Positions 21,648-32,141 are shown, counted from the first letter of the stretch. The stretch: 64,000 nt of DNA from Acidobacteriota bacterium (GCA_029571905.1 JAKPXU010000148.1:18225-82224); one strand, 5' to 3'. A program made the numbers and translations. The notes: generated by a model from the letters alone, not told the origin.

Positions 21648-22192
21648 CAGAGAAGGCTTTTCGCCGCTCAGTCTGGGTTTATCATTGCAACAGCGGAGCC
21701 TGCAATGGTTGTGATATAGAAATCCTGAATGTTTTAACGCCTTATTATGATGTGGAGAGATTCGGCATCAGGTTAGTTGCCTCTCCCCGTCATGCCGATG
21801 CCATTCTTCTCTCAGGGGCAGTGACCAGACCAACGCTGCCTCTGGTTAAGAAAGCCTATCAGGCAGTGCCAGCCCCGAAGCTGGTCTTTGCCGTCGGGTC
21901 CTGTGCCATCGGGGGAGGATGCTGGTATGACACCTATAACGTGACTGGTGGTGGGGATAAAGCCATCCCGGTCAATTATTTTATTCCGGGCTGTCCGCCC
22001 CGGCCGGAAGCCATCATCTTCGGGGTAGCTCTGGCTCTGGGCCTGGTTGACAAGAAAGTGGCACCGGTTGAGCTCAAGCAGATGGAGTTCCCGGTTGATA
22101 TGTACCGGCAAGCAAAAATTCTGGAAAGCAACCGCGTAATATATAAACTTCTGGGCGAAGAAGATGACCGCCTTCTATCCGGGAGGAAATGA
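21632..22192 (+). CDS. Group-4 [NiFe]-hydrogenase small subunit, NuoB/HycG-like
   Basis: Motifs CNGCDIEI, GSCAIGGG and PGCPPRP typical of NuoB-type proximal-cluster subunits. Confidence 0.88.
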   Translation: MWKRLTEKAFRRSVWVYHCNSGACNGCDIEILNVLTPYYDVERFGIRLVASPRHADAILLSGAVTRPTLPLVKKAYQAVPAPKLVFAVGSCAIGGGCWYDTYNVTGGGDKAIPVNYFIPGCPPRPEAIIFGVALALGLVDKKVAPVELKQMEFPVDMYRQAKILESNRVIYKLLGEEDDRLLSGRK

Positions 22193-22599
22193 CGATGGCC
22201 AGAATTCTATTGGTTGATGACGACCGTGACCTGACCGACAGCTTAAGTCAGATCTTGCGTCTTAAAGGCTATGAGGTGGTTGTAGCTTATAACGGGGCAG
22301 AAGGATTAAAGAAACTACTGGAAACGAAACCGGATCTGGTCATTATGGATGTTATGATGGAAACAGACACGGCTGGCTTTGAAGCTATTTATAAAATCAG
22401 AAGTGAACGTCCTGATTCTAAATTCAGAGACTTTAAGGATATTCCCATTATTATCCTGACCGCTATTGACCAGGTGACCAACTCGAGATTTTCTCTTGAT
22501 CAGGAAGAGAGCTTTTTACCGGGTCGCAATGAGTTTTTGAATAAACCGGTTGATCCTGATGAGCTATTGGAAAAAATAGAAAAAAACCTCAAAAAATAA
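22189..22599 (+). CDS. Stand-alone CheY-like receiver domain (paralogue of 11111-11488)
   Basis: 136 aa with a DDD pocket and the phospho-acceptor D in LVIMDVMMETDTAG. Its start overlaps the hydrogenase small-subunit stop (ATGA). Confidence 0.8.
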   Translation: MTMARILLVDDDRDLTDSLSQILRLKGYEVVVAYNGAEGLKKLLETKPDLVIMDVMMETDTAGFEAIYKIRSERPDSKFRDFKDIPIIILTAIDQVTNSRFSLDQEESFLPGRNEFLNKPVDPDELLEKIEKNLKK

Positions 22600-22601
22600 C
22601 C

Positions 22602-24545
22602 ATGGATCTTAAGGAATTCCTTAATAAGACCTCTGCCTTGAGGTCCAGTTTGCGCTTCAAGCTGATTAGCGGTCTTCTGACCATTGTCTTCTTAATGGGC
22701 GCTCTATCTATTTATATTGGTATTAACTCAATTAACCGTAATGTTATCAGAGAGGCCTATGATAATCTGCGCAACAGCCTGAAGGCTATCAGTGATCTTT
22801 ATCAGGAAGAAATCAACACCAGGGCGAAAATAGTGGAGTATCTGTCCAGAACTTCAGAAATAGTTAACGCCACAGCTGCCGGCAACAGAGAATATCTTTA
22901 TGAGAAGCTTGTTCAGATCAAAGAAGAATTCGACTTCGATATAGTCAATGTGGTTAAGCCAGATGGTACTATTCTGGTTCGAGCTAACAACTTTGAAGCT
23001 TATGGGGACAGTGTTATTCATTATAAATTTATTCAATGGGTTCTAAAAAACAAAAAGCCTGCTGCCGGCACCGGCATTCTTGGTTATGAAAATATAAAAA
23101 ATGAAGGGCCGGATCTGGCCGAGAGGACCCTGATCAATGTTATCCCGACCCCACGAGCCCGAACCATACGCCGGGAGGTAGAAGAAAGAGCCCTGGTCCT
23201 CAAAACAGTTGTGCCGATTTTTCAGAGAAATAGATTGGTCGGAGTTCTCTATGCAGCTGTTTTGCTTAACAATAACGAACGTTTTGTTGACCGTTTTAGA
23301 AGATTCATTTTTAAAGAAGAGAAAATAAAAGGCAAAGACGTCGGAACTACTACTATTTTTTTGGAGGATGTCAGGATAGCGACCAATGTCCTGGACAAAG
23401 ATGGGAAAAGAGCGGTCGGGACAATTGTCTCGGAGGAAGTCTATCATCAGGTTTTTGAGCAGGGAAAAGACTGGCTTGGTCGGGCTTTTGTGGTCAATGA
23501 TTATTATCTCTCCGGTTATACCCTGCTGCGCGATATTGAAGGGCAGCCAGTCGGCATGCTTTATGTTGGTATTCTCGAATCTAAATTTAATCAGATCCTG
23601 CGGCAGACCACAATATTGTATTTTGTCCTGATTTTCCTGATGACCGGGATCGCCATTTATATTTCCACCTATCTGGTCAACCTCTATACCAGACCTATAA
23701 ATAAAATGATAAAATTGACAGCCGAAGTGGCCAGGGGGAACTATCACCTGATAGATATTTCGCCCAAAGAAAGCGAGGAGATAAGAGAAGTAGAAGAATC
23801 TTTTAATGCTATGGTTAAAGCTATAGAGGAAAGAGATAATCGTTTAAAAGAACTGGCCGAGAAAACAATTTTGCGGTCAGAAAAATTAGCCTCAATGGGA
23901 CGGCTGGCGGCGGGTATTGCCCATGAAATCAACAATCCGCTGACTGGGATCCTGACCTATAGCAGTCTGCTGCTGGAGGAGCTAAAGGGTACTCCTTATG
24001 AAGAAGATTTAAAGGTCATCACCGAAGAGACTCTGCGCTGTCGTAAGATAGTCAGAGGACTGCTGGATTTTGCCCGCGACTACAAACCGGAAAAAGTCAG
24101 TGTTAATCTTAACACTCTCATTGAACAGACCCTGCAGATTTTAGAAAATCATGTCAGTTTCCAGAATATTAAGATTATCAGAAATCTTGATCAGAATTTG
24201 CCTGAGGTAAGAATTGATGCTGACGAATTCCGGTCAGTTATCAATAATCTAGCTGTTAATGCTGCTGATGCTATGCCCAATGGTGGACAGCTGACGATTT
24301 CAACCTCGTATGATCCCGAGGCCAGGCAGGTTATAATAAAGGTAGCTGATACAGGAGTGGGCATAAGCGAGGAAAATCTAGGACGAATTTTTGAACCATT
24401 TTTCACCACCAAGGAAAAAGGGAAAGGTACCGGCCTGGGCCTGGCTATGGCCTATGGAGCCATCAAGCGGCATAATGGTACGATTGATGTGAAGAGCAAA
24501 GTCGGTGAGGGAACAGAGTTCATTATAAGATTACCGGTAGATTAG
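22602..24545 (+). CDS. Sensor histidine kinase with periplasmic double-Cache-like domain
   Basis: 647 aa. Two TM helices flank a periplasmic domain of about 300 aa, followed by a HAMP-like region, an H-box ([11 protein letters not shown]) and HATPase N/G boxes. Confidence 0.85.
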   Translation: MDLKEFLNKTSALRSSLRFKLISGLLTIVFLMGALSIYIGINSINRNVIREAYDNLRNSLKAISDLYQEEINTRAKIVEYLSRTSEIVNATAAGNREYLYEKLVQIKEEFDFDIVNVVKPDGTILVRANNFEAYGDSVIHYKFIQWVLKNKKPAAGTGILGYENIKNEGPDLAERTLINVIPTPRARTIRREVEERALVLKTVVPIFQRNRLVGVLYAAVLLNNNERFVDRFRRFIFKEEKIKGKDVGTTTIFLEDVRIATNVLDKDGKRAVGTIVSEEVYHQVFEQGKDWLGRAFVVNDYYLSGYTLLRDIEGQPVGMLYVGILESKFNQILRQTTILYFVLIFLMTGIAIYISTYLVNLYTRPINKMIKLTAEVARGNYHLIDISPKESEEIREVEESFNAMVKAIEERDNRLKELAEKTILRSEKLASMGRLAAGIAHEINNPLTGILTYSSLLLEELKGTPYEEDLKVITEETLRCRKIVRGLLDFARDYKPEKVSVNLNTLIEQTLQILENHVSFQNIKIIRNLDQNLPEVRIDADEFRSVINNLAVNAADAMPNGGQLTISTSYDPEARQVIIKVADTGVGISEENLGRIFEPFFTTKEKGKGTGLGLAMAYGAIKRHNGTIDVKSKVGEGTEFIIRLPVD

Positions 24546-24564
24546 AACCGGAAGGAGAAAAGAT

Positions 24565-25629
24565 ATGAGCAAGCCGAGAATTCTATTTATTGATGATGAG
24601 GAAATCGTCCTGCGTAGTTGCCGGCGGATTTTTGCCAATTCAGATTATGAGATAGATACCGCCCAATCTGGAGAAGAAGGCCTGAGCAAGGCTATCAATG
24701 GAGATTATGACATTGTAGTCACTGATTTAAAAATGCCTGGAATTGGCGGCATGGAGGTGCTTTCCAGGTTGAGAAAGGTCAGGCCTGATACTACTGTGAT
24801 CATTTTCACCGGTTATGCCAGCGTTGATACTGCCCGTGAAGCCTTAAAAAATGGAGCCTTCGATTATATTCCAAAGCCTTTTACTCCGGAGGAAATGAGA
24901 GAGGTCATCAAGAACGCGCTCGAAGCGCGGGCTGGGAAAGAGCGCAATATGCTTGACCTGATGGCTATCGTCTCCCATGAATTGAAAAGTCCACTCTCTG
25001 CTCTTCATACCACCGCCTCCACTCTTTACAAAGGTTGTTTTGGTCAGCTGTCTCCAGAGCAGATGAAAATCTTGGAGACTATTATCCGTAATTGCGAATA
25101 TCTGGAGGATATCATTCGCAGCTATCTAGACCTGTCGAAAATGGAACTGGAGCAGCTGGAAGCCTTCAAAGAAGAAATCTATTTTGTCAAAGATGTGGTT
25201 GAGGAGGTACTCAATCTACCTGAAATTGCTGACAACGGGAAAAAAATGAAGGTTACCAAAAATTTTCAGGAAGACATCAAGATCACCGGTGATCCACGGC
25301 TATTGAAGATTCTGGTCAGGAATCTGATCAACAATGCTATAAAGTATGGATATGAAGGTACAGAAGTGAAGCTTGGCCTGGAAAAAAAGGATAGTGAAAT
25401 GATTTTTTCCGTCTATAACGAAGGAGTGGGCATAAGACCGGAGGATAGCCACCGCCTTTTCCGTAAATTTGAAAGGTTAAAACAGCCCGGGACAGAAGGA
25501 GTTAAAGGCTCAGGCCTTGGACTTTATATCTGCAAGAAAATAGTCGACAGCCACAAGGGACGGATCTGGTTTGAATCTGAACCGGGGAAATGGGTGACCT
25601 TCTATGTTGCCTTGCCCTTGGCCAGCTGA
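24565..25629 (+). CDS. Hybrid receiver-histidine kinase (REC-HisKA-HATPase)
   Basis: N-terminal receiver (ILFIDDE...VVTDLKMPG), then an H-box (SHELKSPLS) and an ATPase domain (GLGLYIC). Confidence 0.85.
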   Translation: MSKPRILFIDDEEIVLRSCRRIFANSDYEIDTAQSGEEGLSKAINGDYDIVVTDLKMPGIGGMEVLSRLRKVRPDTTVIIFTGYASVDTAREALKNGAFDYIPKPFTPEEMREVIKNALEARAGKERNMLDLMAIVSHELKSPLSALHTTASTLYKGCFGQLSPEQMKILETIIRNCEYLEDIIRSYLDLSKMELEQLEAFKEEIYFVKDVVEEVLNLPEIADNGKKMKVTKNFQEDIKITGDPRLLKILVRNLINNAIKYGYEGTEVKLGLEKKDSEMIFSVYNEGVGIRPEDSHRLFRKFERLKQPGTEGVKGSGLGLYICKKIVDSHKGRIWFESEPGKWVTFYVALPLAS

Positions 25630-25675
25630 GCTATTAAGTTCTTAGGGCTGACCCGGTTAAACTGCCTGCTTTTAA

Positions 25676-25705
25676 TTGACAATAGTGGAGGCTCTCTCCT
25701 ATAAT
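25676..25705 (+). promoter_or_regulatory. Consensus sigma70 promoter for ssrA
   Basis: TTGACA, an 18-nt spacer, then TATAAT ending 9 nt before the predicted tmRNA 5' end. Confidence 0.55.
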
Positions 25706-25714
25706 CTAAGTGTC

Positions 25715-26066
25715 GGGGGCGAAATGGACTCGACGGAGGTAGTGAAGCAGAAGCTGCAGGCCGAGGTCCCATCAACCTCGTTAAACAGGTGGGAAAAAAT
25801 TAACTGCAGAACCTGTTGCAGTCGCTGCCTGATAGAAAGTGCAGCCGTCTCCGCCAGCTTTTCCTGCGGGCTGGTCGAGACGCCGTTGAGCAGGATAGTC
25901 TGGCGGGCGTGCTCAGGGCTCGCTGGATGAACTAGCTCTTGAGCTGGTTGAGTGATGCTCTTCCTCTTCGAGAATCGCTCAATGAGATGCAAAGAAGAGG
26001 ATAAGCCTGTAGAGGCTAACTGTGGAATGCCTCCGGACGCGGGTTCGATTCCCGCCGCCTCCACCA
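25715..26066 (+). ncRNA. ssrA: tmRNA (SsrA)
   Basis: The 5' GGGGGCG pairs with the 3' CGCCTCC-A-CCA, including the G3:U alanine identity pair. There is a tRNA-like T-arm (GGGTTCGATTCCC). An internal reading frame GCA GAA CCT GTT GCA GTC GCT GCC TGA TAG gives a tag ending ...AVAA. Confidence 0.85.
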
Positions 26067-26099
26067 TTTTTTTATAAGGTTGAATTGATAGATAAAATA

Positions 26100-27338
26100 A
26101 TGTCCAGATTCATAAAAATTTTGGCAGCCATCACCGTCAGTTTGATTTTGGTAAGCGCACAAGGCTCTCTGCTCAAAGGAGCTTCTGCTGGTGCTAAAGC
26201 GATTCCAGTGATCAAGGTGAAAGTTGAGGATTCCTCTCAGGCCAGCCTGGTCAGGATAAGCGGAAGTTCTAACCTTGCCTATAATCTGAAGAAGTCTTCG
26301 GACTCTTTAATTGTCGTTTTTAGAGCTCCTGGTGGTCTGAGGCTGGAGAAAACTGCCTTTACCAGTAAGGTAATTAAATCGATCGACCTGGCTAAATCGC
26401 CTGAGGCTTATTTACTGGTCATCAAGACTGGCTCGCCTGACTTTTCTTTTACCTCTTCTGCCCGAAAGGACCCTTTTGAGCTCACACTCAATGTGAAACT
26501 GAAGAACGAGGCGGTAGCTAAAGAAAGAAAGGAGTCCGAGACTGCGGCTAAAGCTCCTCTCTCCAGGAACAATGATAGCTCCCCCAGAGCTGTCAGTCCG
26601 CCGGCTGAACGAGCTGGCCAGGAAGTTATCTCCAGCCATTCGCACCAAAAAGATGTTATGACTATTGTGATAGATCCTGGCCATGGAGGGATCGAAATCG
26701 GGGCAAAAGGCAATTATGGAACCCTCGAAAAAGATGTCACCCTGGCAGTGGCTAGAAAGCTCAAACAGAGAATTGAAGGGGAGTTTAAATATCGGGTAGT
26801 CATGACCAGAGATTCGGATGTGGTGGTGGCCCTTGACCGCCGAGCAGCTGTGGCCAACAACAACAAGGCCGATGTTTTTATTAGTATTCATGCCAATGGA
26901 TCAAGGCGGAATAATGCCCGTGGCTCAGAGACTTATTTTTTAAGTCTCAATGCTACTGATGAAGAAGCCCGCCGCCTGGCCTACTTTGAAAATAATTCAG
27001 GTGAGCTGGAAAATCGGCTGGGAGAACAGGATTTTGACGATCTCAAGCTTATCCTCTGGGATATGGCCCAATCAGCCTATATCAAGCAGAGCAGCCAGCT
27101 AGCCGAGTTTGTTCAGAACCAGCTCAATCAATTTTTGAACACCCAGAACCGAGGCATCAAGCAAGCTCCATTTAAGGTCCTGACGGGAGTAGCCTGCCCG
27201 GCTATTCTGGTGGAAGTTGCTTTTATAACCAATCCAGAAGAAGAGAAAAAACTGCAGTCAGAAGAGTTTCAAGCCCAGGTAGCAGAAGCTATTTATCGCG
27301 GTTTGAGTGCGTATTTTGATCTGTATGAAAAGCCATGA
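26100..27338 (+). CDS. amiC: N-acetylmuramoyl-L-alanine amidase (Amidase_3) with N-terminal AMIN-like domain
   Basis: Signal peptide, then a VIDPGHGG ... ISIHANG ... catalytic domain. The ORF-track start (26022) lies inside the tmRNA; the first ATG with a signal peptide is at 26100. Confidence 0.82.
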   Translation: MSRFIKILAAITVSLILVSAQGSLLKGASAGAKAIPVIKVKVEDSSQASLVRISGSSNLAYNLKKSSDSLIVVFRAPGGLRLEKTAFTSKVIKSIDLAKSPEAYLLVIKTGSPDFSFTSSARKDPFELTLNVKLKNEAVAKERKESETAAKAPLSRNNDSSPRAVSPPAERAGQEVISSHSHQKDVMTIVIDPGHGGIEIGAKGNYGTLEKDVTLAVARKLKQRIEGEFKYRVVMTRDSDVVVALDRRAAVANNNKADVFISIHANGSRRNNARGSETYFLSLNATDEEARRLAYFENNSGELENRLGEQDFDDLKLILWDMAQSAYIKQSSQLAEFVQNQLNQFLNTQNRGIKQAPFKVLTGVACPAILVEVAFITNPEEEKKLQSEEFQAQVAEAIYRGLSAYFDLYEKP

Positions 27339-27925
27339 GAAATAATAAGCATAAAAAAAAGAAGCTCAGGATTCTGCTGATTTTGCTGGTCATTCTGATT
27401 GTTCTCATCCTGATATTTTTGTTTGGCAGTCGGAAAGAGAAGATAAAGCATGAAGTCGGACCAGCTGGAACTGAGCAGGTGGCCGGTAGAACCGCCGAAA
27501 TAAAGATGAAGCAGGTCACGTTATTTTTCCTGTCTGAAAGTGACGGTCTGTTGCATGCTGAAGAGCGGCAAATAGTGGAATCAGATCTTAATGGTGAGGC
27601 CAGGGCGGTAGTGGAGGAATTAATCAAAGGTCCACAAACTGGACTGATGGCGGTCATCCCGGAGAACACCAGGTTGAGGCAATTATTTGTGACGTCTGAT
27701 GGCCTGGCCTATGTCGATCTTTCCAGGCAGGTGGCTGAAGCTAACTTTTATGGGTCGTCGGGAGAAATGGCGGTTGTTTATTCGATTGTTGATTCGTTGA
27801 CTTATAATTTTAAATCGATTAAGAAGGTCAGTCTGCTTATTGAGGGTAACGAACGGGAAACCCTGGGCGGACATGTTGACCTCTCCAATCCTTTTGTTCC
27901 GGATTATTCTTTAATTGCCCGTTAA
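27335..27925 (+). CDS. GerMN-domain protein
   Basis: 196 aa with a TM/signal N-terminus and a GerMN-like region (SLLIEGNERETLGGHVDLSNPF). Its ATGA overlaps the amidase stop. Confidence 0.6.
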   Translation: MRNNKHKKKKLRILLILLVILIVLILIFLFGSRKEKIKHEVGPAGTEQVAGRTAEIKMKQVTLFFLSESDGLLHAEERQIVESDLNGEARAVVEELIKGPQTGLMAVIPENTRLRQLFVTSDGLAYVDLSRQVAEANFYGSSGEMAVVYSIVDSLTYNFKSIKKVSLLIEGNERETLGGHVDLSNPFVPDYSLIAR

Positions 27926-27942
27926 GCCGGCCAGGCAAATCT

Positions 27943-29277
27943 ATGAGCAGGATTAATAAATTACCACGGGTAGTTATTCTGGGCTATCCCAATGTGGGCA
28001 AGTCTACCCTTTTTAATCGGTTACTTGGCCAGCACAAAGCTCTGGTCCATTCTATGCCAGGTATGACCAGAGATCTGGTGACTGGAGTGGTCAAGCAAGC
28101 CGGCCGGGAATATCTTCTGGTTGATACGGGTGGCTTTGCTGGAGACGAAACAGATCCTATTTCGATCAGAGTTCGCGACAAAGCTCTGGAAGCGGCCAGC
28201 GCCGGGGATGTGTTAATTTTCCTGGCTGATGGCCAGCGTTCCCTGTCGAGAGGGGAAGAAGAATTGTTTCTTCAGCTTAAAAAGCTCAACCGGCCAGTTC
28301 TGGCTGTGGTCAATAAAATCGACAGCCTTCATCGCCAACCAGATCTGTCTGATTTTTATCGGCTGGGCCAGAGCGAGTTGCTGACGATATCAGCTGAACA
28401 CAAGATTAATCTTGACCTGCTGCAAGAAAGGATCGTGGATCTTCTTCCAACTCGTCCTGAGATTAAAACAGACAAAAAAAGCGAAGAAAATATTTTAAGG
28501 ATAGCCATTGTTGGCCGGATTAATGTCGGGAAGTCATCACTCATCAATCGCCTCTGCGGAGAGGAAAGACTTCTGGTCAGTGAAATACCTGGAACTACCA
28601 GGGACAGCATTGATACTCTGATCAGCAGAAACAAGAAGACCTATTGTCTGATCGATACGGCTGGCATCAGAAAATTCAGCGGGACGAAGGATTCAAGAGA
28701 AAAGGCGGGAATTATCAGGGCAGAAAAGAATATCAAAGAGGCCGATGTCATCTGCCTGGTGATGGATGTGCAGGAATTTCCCACCAGGCAGGATGCCAGA
28801 ATCGCAAGTCTGGCCTTTGAGTCAGGTAAACCCCTAATTATAGCCTTGAATAAATGGGATCTGGTTGAAAAATCAAGAGTCAAGCCGGCCGAAATAAGAA
28901 AATATGTTTTTGAAAGATTACACTTTGTTGATTATGCACCGCTCATATTTGTTTCTGCCCTGACCGGACAGAGAGTTGTCAGGATACTGGATCTGGCTGA
29001 AGAGGTTTATCAGGCCGCTTCCAGGACAATTGAGACTCGCCTCCTCAACCAATTCTGGCAGAAATTTTCTAGCCAGTACCCACCCCGGGCTTTTAACGGG
29101 TCTCCGCTTAAGATTAAATATATGGTTCAAAAGGGAGTCAAACCGCCGGTGTTTATTCTGTTCGGCCATAGTCAAAGCCGGCTGAGCCCGGCCTATGAAA
29201 AATTCCTGGCTGATAGCTTCAGGAAAAACTTTAAGTTAAACGGTACACCCGTAGTTTTTAAGGTTCGCCGGGGATGA
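27943..29277 (+). CDS. der: Ribosome-biogenesis GTPase Der (EngA)
   Basis: Tandem G-domains (GYPNVGKST and GRINVGKSS P-loops) plus a C-terminal KH-like domain. Confidence 0.93.
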   Translation: MSRINKLPRVVILGYPNVGKSTLFNRLLGQHKALVHSMPGMTRDLVTGVVKQAGREYLLVDTGGFAGDETDPISIRVRDKALEAASAGDVLIFLADGQRSLSRGEEELFLQLKKLNRPVLAVVNKIDSLHRQPDLSDFYRLGQSELLTISAEHKINLDLLQERIVDLLPTRPEIKTDKKSEENILRIAIVGRINVGKSSLINRLCGEERLLVSEIPGTTRDSIDTLISRNKKTYCLIDTAGIRKFSGTKDSREKAGIIRAEKNIKEADVICLVMDVQEFPTRQDARIASLAFESGKPLIIALNKWDLVEKSRVKPAEIRKYVFERLHFVDYAPLIFVSALTGQRVVRILDLAEEVYQAASRTIETRLLNQFWQKFSSQYPPRAFNGSPLKIKYMVQKGVKPPVFILFGHSQSRLSPAYEKFLADSFRKNFKLNGTPVVFKVRRG

Positions 29278-29377
29278 CTTTTGCTGGCCAAACTTCATTT
29301 TTTCTTGACTTTAGGGCTATATTCTTATATAAATTTATTCTAAATTATTATTAGAAGCCAGATGTTTTAAGGAGGTC

Positions 29378-30391
29378 ATGATGTCTCGTCAGAGGATAAA
29401 CAGCTTGGCCGTTATCTTTTTAGCCTTAGCTGTTCTTGTGACCGCAACCAGTTGCGAGAAGCTTAAGGTCAATAATTTACAGGCTAATTATCATTTTAAG
29501 AAAGCTAATAACCTGTTCAGAGAGGGTAAATATCGTAATGCAGTCACTGAGTATGAGCTGGCTTTAAAGTACAAGCCGGATCTGGTGCAAGCCTATCGCT
29601 ATATTGGTGAAAGTTATAAGCAGCTTTATAAACCCGGTGTCCAGACACCCCTGAACAAAGAATTCGAAACCAAAGCCCTGGAAGCCCTGACCAAGGCTCT
29701 GGAGATTGATCCCAATAACATTGAGATCATCTATTCACTGGGTGATATGTATGATAAACTCAGAAAATTTGAGGAGGCCGAAAAGCTCTATTTAAGGATT
29801 CTGGAGCTTGATCCTCAGAACATGGATAACTTCTATGTGGTGGCTGAGTTCTATAGCCGCTATGCTGGCGAGATCCCTGATGCTGCCAAGAAGGCGGAAA
29901 CGATGTATCTTCGCCGGATAGAAGCTGATCCTGAGAATCCGATAGGCTATGCTTATGCAGCCAATTATTATGAGCATCTGCCAATTACAGAACAAAATAT
30001 AGAGCAGGCTCTCGAAAATTATGATAAAGCCAATATGTTCTGGGAGAAAAGGATAGCTCTTACTCCGGATGATCCTCAGGCCTGGCTGGCCAAAGGGGTA
30101 AATCGCTGGGGGCGTGCTTACCGCTTCCAATCATTGCCGGCGGCCGAGAGATTGGCCATTGCCAGAGAAGCTCTTCAGGCCATCGAAAAAGCCAGAGATC
30201 TCGATCCGAATTATCCTGAGCCATATGCCTGGTTAAGTGTTCTGTATAGAAGCGTTTTGTCTGTTCTTGAACCGGATAAAGCTGCCCGCTATACGGCTGA
30301 GGCCGATAAAAATATTGAAAAATTTAATAGCCTGAGAACCAAGGCAGCTGAAAAGAAAAAGCTCGAAGAAGAGTTAAAGAAAGTAGATTAA
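29378..30391 (+). CDS. TPR-repeat lipoprotein (function unknown)
   Basis: Signal peptide ending in a Cys (VTATSC) followed by multiple TPR-like repeats. Confidence 0.55.
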   Translation: MMSRQRINSLAVIFLALAVLVTATSCEKLKVNNLQANYHFKKANNLFREGKYRNAVTEYELALKYKPDLVQAYRYIGESYKQLYKPGVQTPLNKEFETKALEALTKALEIDPNNIEIIYSLGDMYDKLRKFEEAEKLYLRILELDPQNMDNFYVVAEFYSRYAGEIPDAAKKAETMYLRRIEADPENPIGYAYAANYYEHLPITEQNIEQALENYDKANMFWEKRIALTPDDPQAWLAKGVNRWGRAYRFQSLPAAERLAIAREALQAIEKARDLDPNYPEPYAWLSVLYRSVLSVLEPDKAARYTAEADKNIEKFNSLRTKAAEKKKLEEELKKVD

Positions 30392-30456
30392 CCAACTGGA
30401 AAGTTGATTCAGGGGCAGGTTGAGATAAATCAACCTGCCCTTTTTTATTTATTTAG

Positions 30457-31134
30457 ATGTTTATCCCATTAAAAGATGAAAATCCAACCGAAAAGTTCCC
30501 TGTTATCACGGTCTGTTTAATTGCCCTCAATTGTCTGATCTTTGCTTATCAAGTTTTGTCACCTCAGGGTCTCGAATATTATGTTCTTAAATTTGGTATT
30601 ATTCCCTATGAAATAACACATTGGAACTTCCAGCCGGGTCTGCCCAGAGTGGCCTGGCCGCTGAGTTTATTAACGGGAATGTTTCTTCATGGCAGTCTCT
30701 GGCATCTTGGCGGTAATATGCTTTATCTCTGGATCTTCGGGAATAACGTGGAAGATGTTCTCGGTCATTTTCGTTACCTATCTTTATATCTGGTCTCCGG
30801 ACTGTCTGCCTCCCTGGTCCAGACTATTTTTTCTCCTAATTCCAGGATGCCGATGATCGGAGCCAGTGGGGCCATTGCCGGTATGCTCGGAGCTTATCTT
30901 GTTTTGTTCCCCTCGGCCAGGATCAAAACGCTGCTTTTTCTTTTTATTTATGTAACTATAATTTATGTTCCTGCCTGGATCTTTCTCGGACTGTGGTTTG
31001 CTATGCAGGTAGCTAATGTTGGCCTGGGGGGCGGCGTGGCCTGGTTTGCTCATGTTGGCGGTTTTTTAACTGGCTCGGCCTGGGTATGGCAGAGATTGAG
31101 AAAAGGCCTTAATGTCCATAATTATTATTCCTGA
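30457..31134 (+). CDS. Rhomboid-family intramembrane serine protease
   Basis: Six TM helices, the GASGAIAG catalytic Ser motif, and AHVGGF with the catalytic His. Confidence 0.85.
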   Translation: MFIPLKDENPTEKFPVITVCLIALNCLIFAYQVLSPQGLEYYVLKFGIIPYEITHWNFQPGLPRVAWPLSLLTGMFLHGSLWHLGGNMLYLWIFGNNVEDVLGHFRYLSLYLVSGLSASLVQTIFSPNSRMPMIGASGAIAGMLGAYLVLFPSARIKTLLFLFIYVTIIYVPAWIFLGLWFAMQVANVGLGGGVAWFAHVGGFLTGSAWVWQRLRKGLNVHNYYS

Positions 31135-31268
31135 TCTTATCTTGAATTTAGAAGGAAGAAAGACTATAATCAATTTCTTTAAAAGCTCGGTCTTGTTGAC
31201 AATTTAGTCATATTTTAGTATTTTTAGCAAGCATTATTGTTGTATTTTTTTAAAGACAGGTTGGAAAA

Positions 31269-31697
31269 ATGAAGACTTATCATCCCAAAAAAGATGAAAT
31301 TCAGCAGAAATGGTGGCTTATCAATGCTGACGGTCAGATTCTGGGCAGACTGGCCACGGCAGTGGCCGTTCTTCTCCGTGGCAAGAACAAACCACAGTTT
31401 GCTCCGAATGTGGATAGCGGAGATTTTGTGGTAGTCATTAATGCTGACAAGATAAAAGTCACGGGGAACAAACTGGAAGATAAGATTTATTATCATCACA
31501 GCCTTTATCCTGGCGGTTTGAAGGAGACCAGACTTAAAGAGATGCTGGATACCAAACCAGAGGAAGTCGTTCGGCAGGCGGTCCGGGGGATGATACCAAA
31601 AAACAAACTGGGCCGTTCGATTTTGAAAAAGCTTAAGGTTTATAGGGGAGCTGAACATCCGCACCAGGCACAGAACCCTGAAGAATACAGGATATAA
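31269..31697 (+). CDS. rplM: 50S ribosomal protein L13
   Basis: [20 protein letters not shown]... is canonical L13. Confidence 0.95.
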   Translation: MKTYHPKKDEIQQKWWLINADGQILGRLATAVAVLLRGKNKPQFAPNVDSGDFVVVINADKIKVTGNKLEDKIYYHHSLYPGGLKETRLKEMLDTKPEEVVRQAVRGMIPKNKLGRSILKKLKVYRGAEHPHQAQNPEEYRI

Positions 31698-31712
31698 GAT
31701 TAAGGAGGAACC

Positions 31713-32117
31713 TTGAGTCTCATTCAATACTATGGAACTGGAAAACGAAAAAACGCTATCGCCAGGGTCTTTCTTCGCTCCGGCAAGGGAGATATTACCC
31801 TGGTGGTTAATAAGAAGATTCATCCTTATGAGGAATATTTTAAAGTAGAATCCTTGCGCATCCTTATTAATCAACCTTTAGTGCTGACCGAAACCGACAA
31901 GAAATTTGATATTTTTATGAGGATCGAAGGCGGGGGAATACACGGTCAGGCAGAAGCGGTTAGACTGGGTATAGCCCGAGCCCTGCTTGAATTCAATAGA
32001 GACCTTAAACCCATTCTGAGAAATGCTGGTTTGCTGACCAGAGACTCTAGAATTAAAGAGCGGAAGAAATATGGCTTGCTGGCGGCCAGAAAGGCACCAC
32101 AGTATCATAAGAGATAA
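31713..32117 (+). CDS. rpsI: 30S ribosomal protein S9
   Basis: Canonical S9 with the C-terminal basic tail ...YHKR. Confidence 0.95.
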   Translation: MSLIQYYGTGKRKNAIARVFLRSGKGDITLVVNKKIHPYEEYFKVESLRILINQPLVLTETDKKFDIFMRIEGGGIHGQAEAVRLGIARALLEFNRDLKPILRNAGLLTRDSRIKERKKYGLLAARKAPQYHKR

Positions 32118-32141
32118 AGATTTAGCGGTGGAGGGATAGCT

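Noticed and set aside
25676-26067. Two six-frame ORFs (84 aa on the plus strand, 122 aa on the minus strand) over this region
   Set aside because: They lie entirely within the tmRNA gene. The sequence folds as tmRNA (acceptor pairing with G:U, T-arm, CCA), so these are not CDS.
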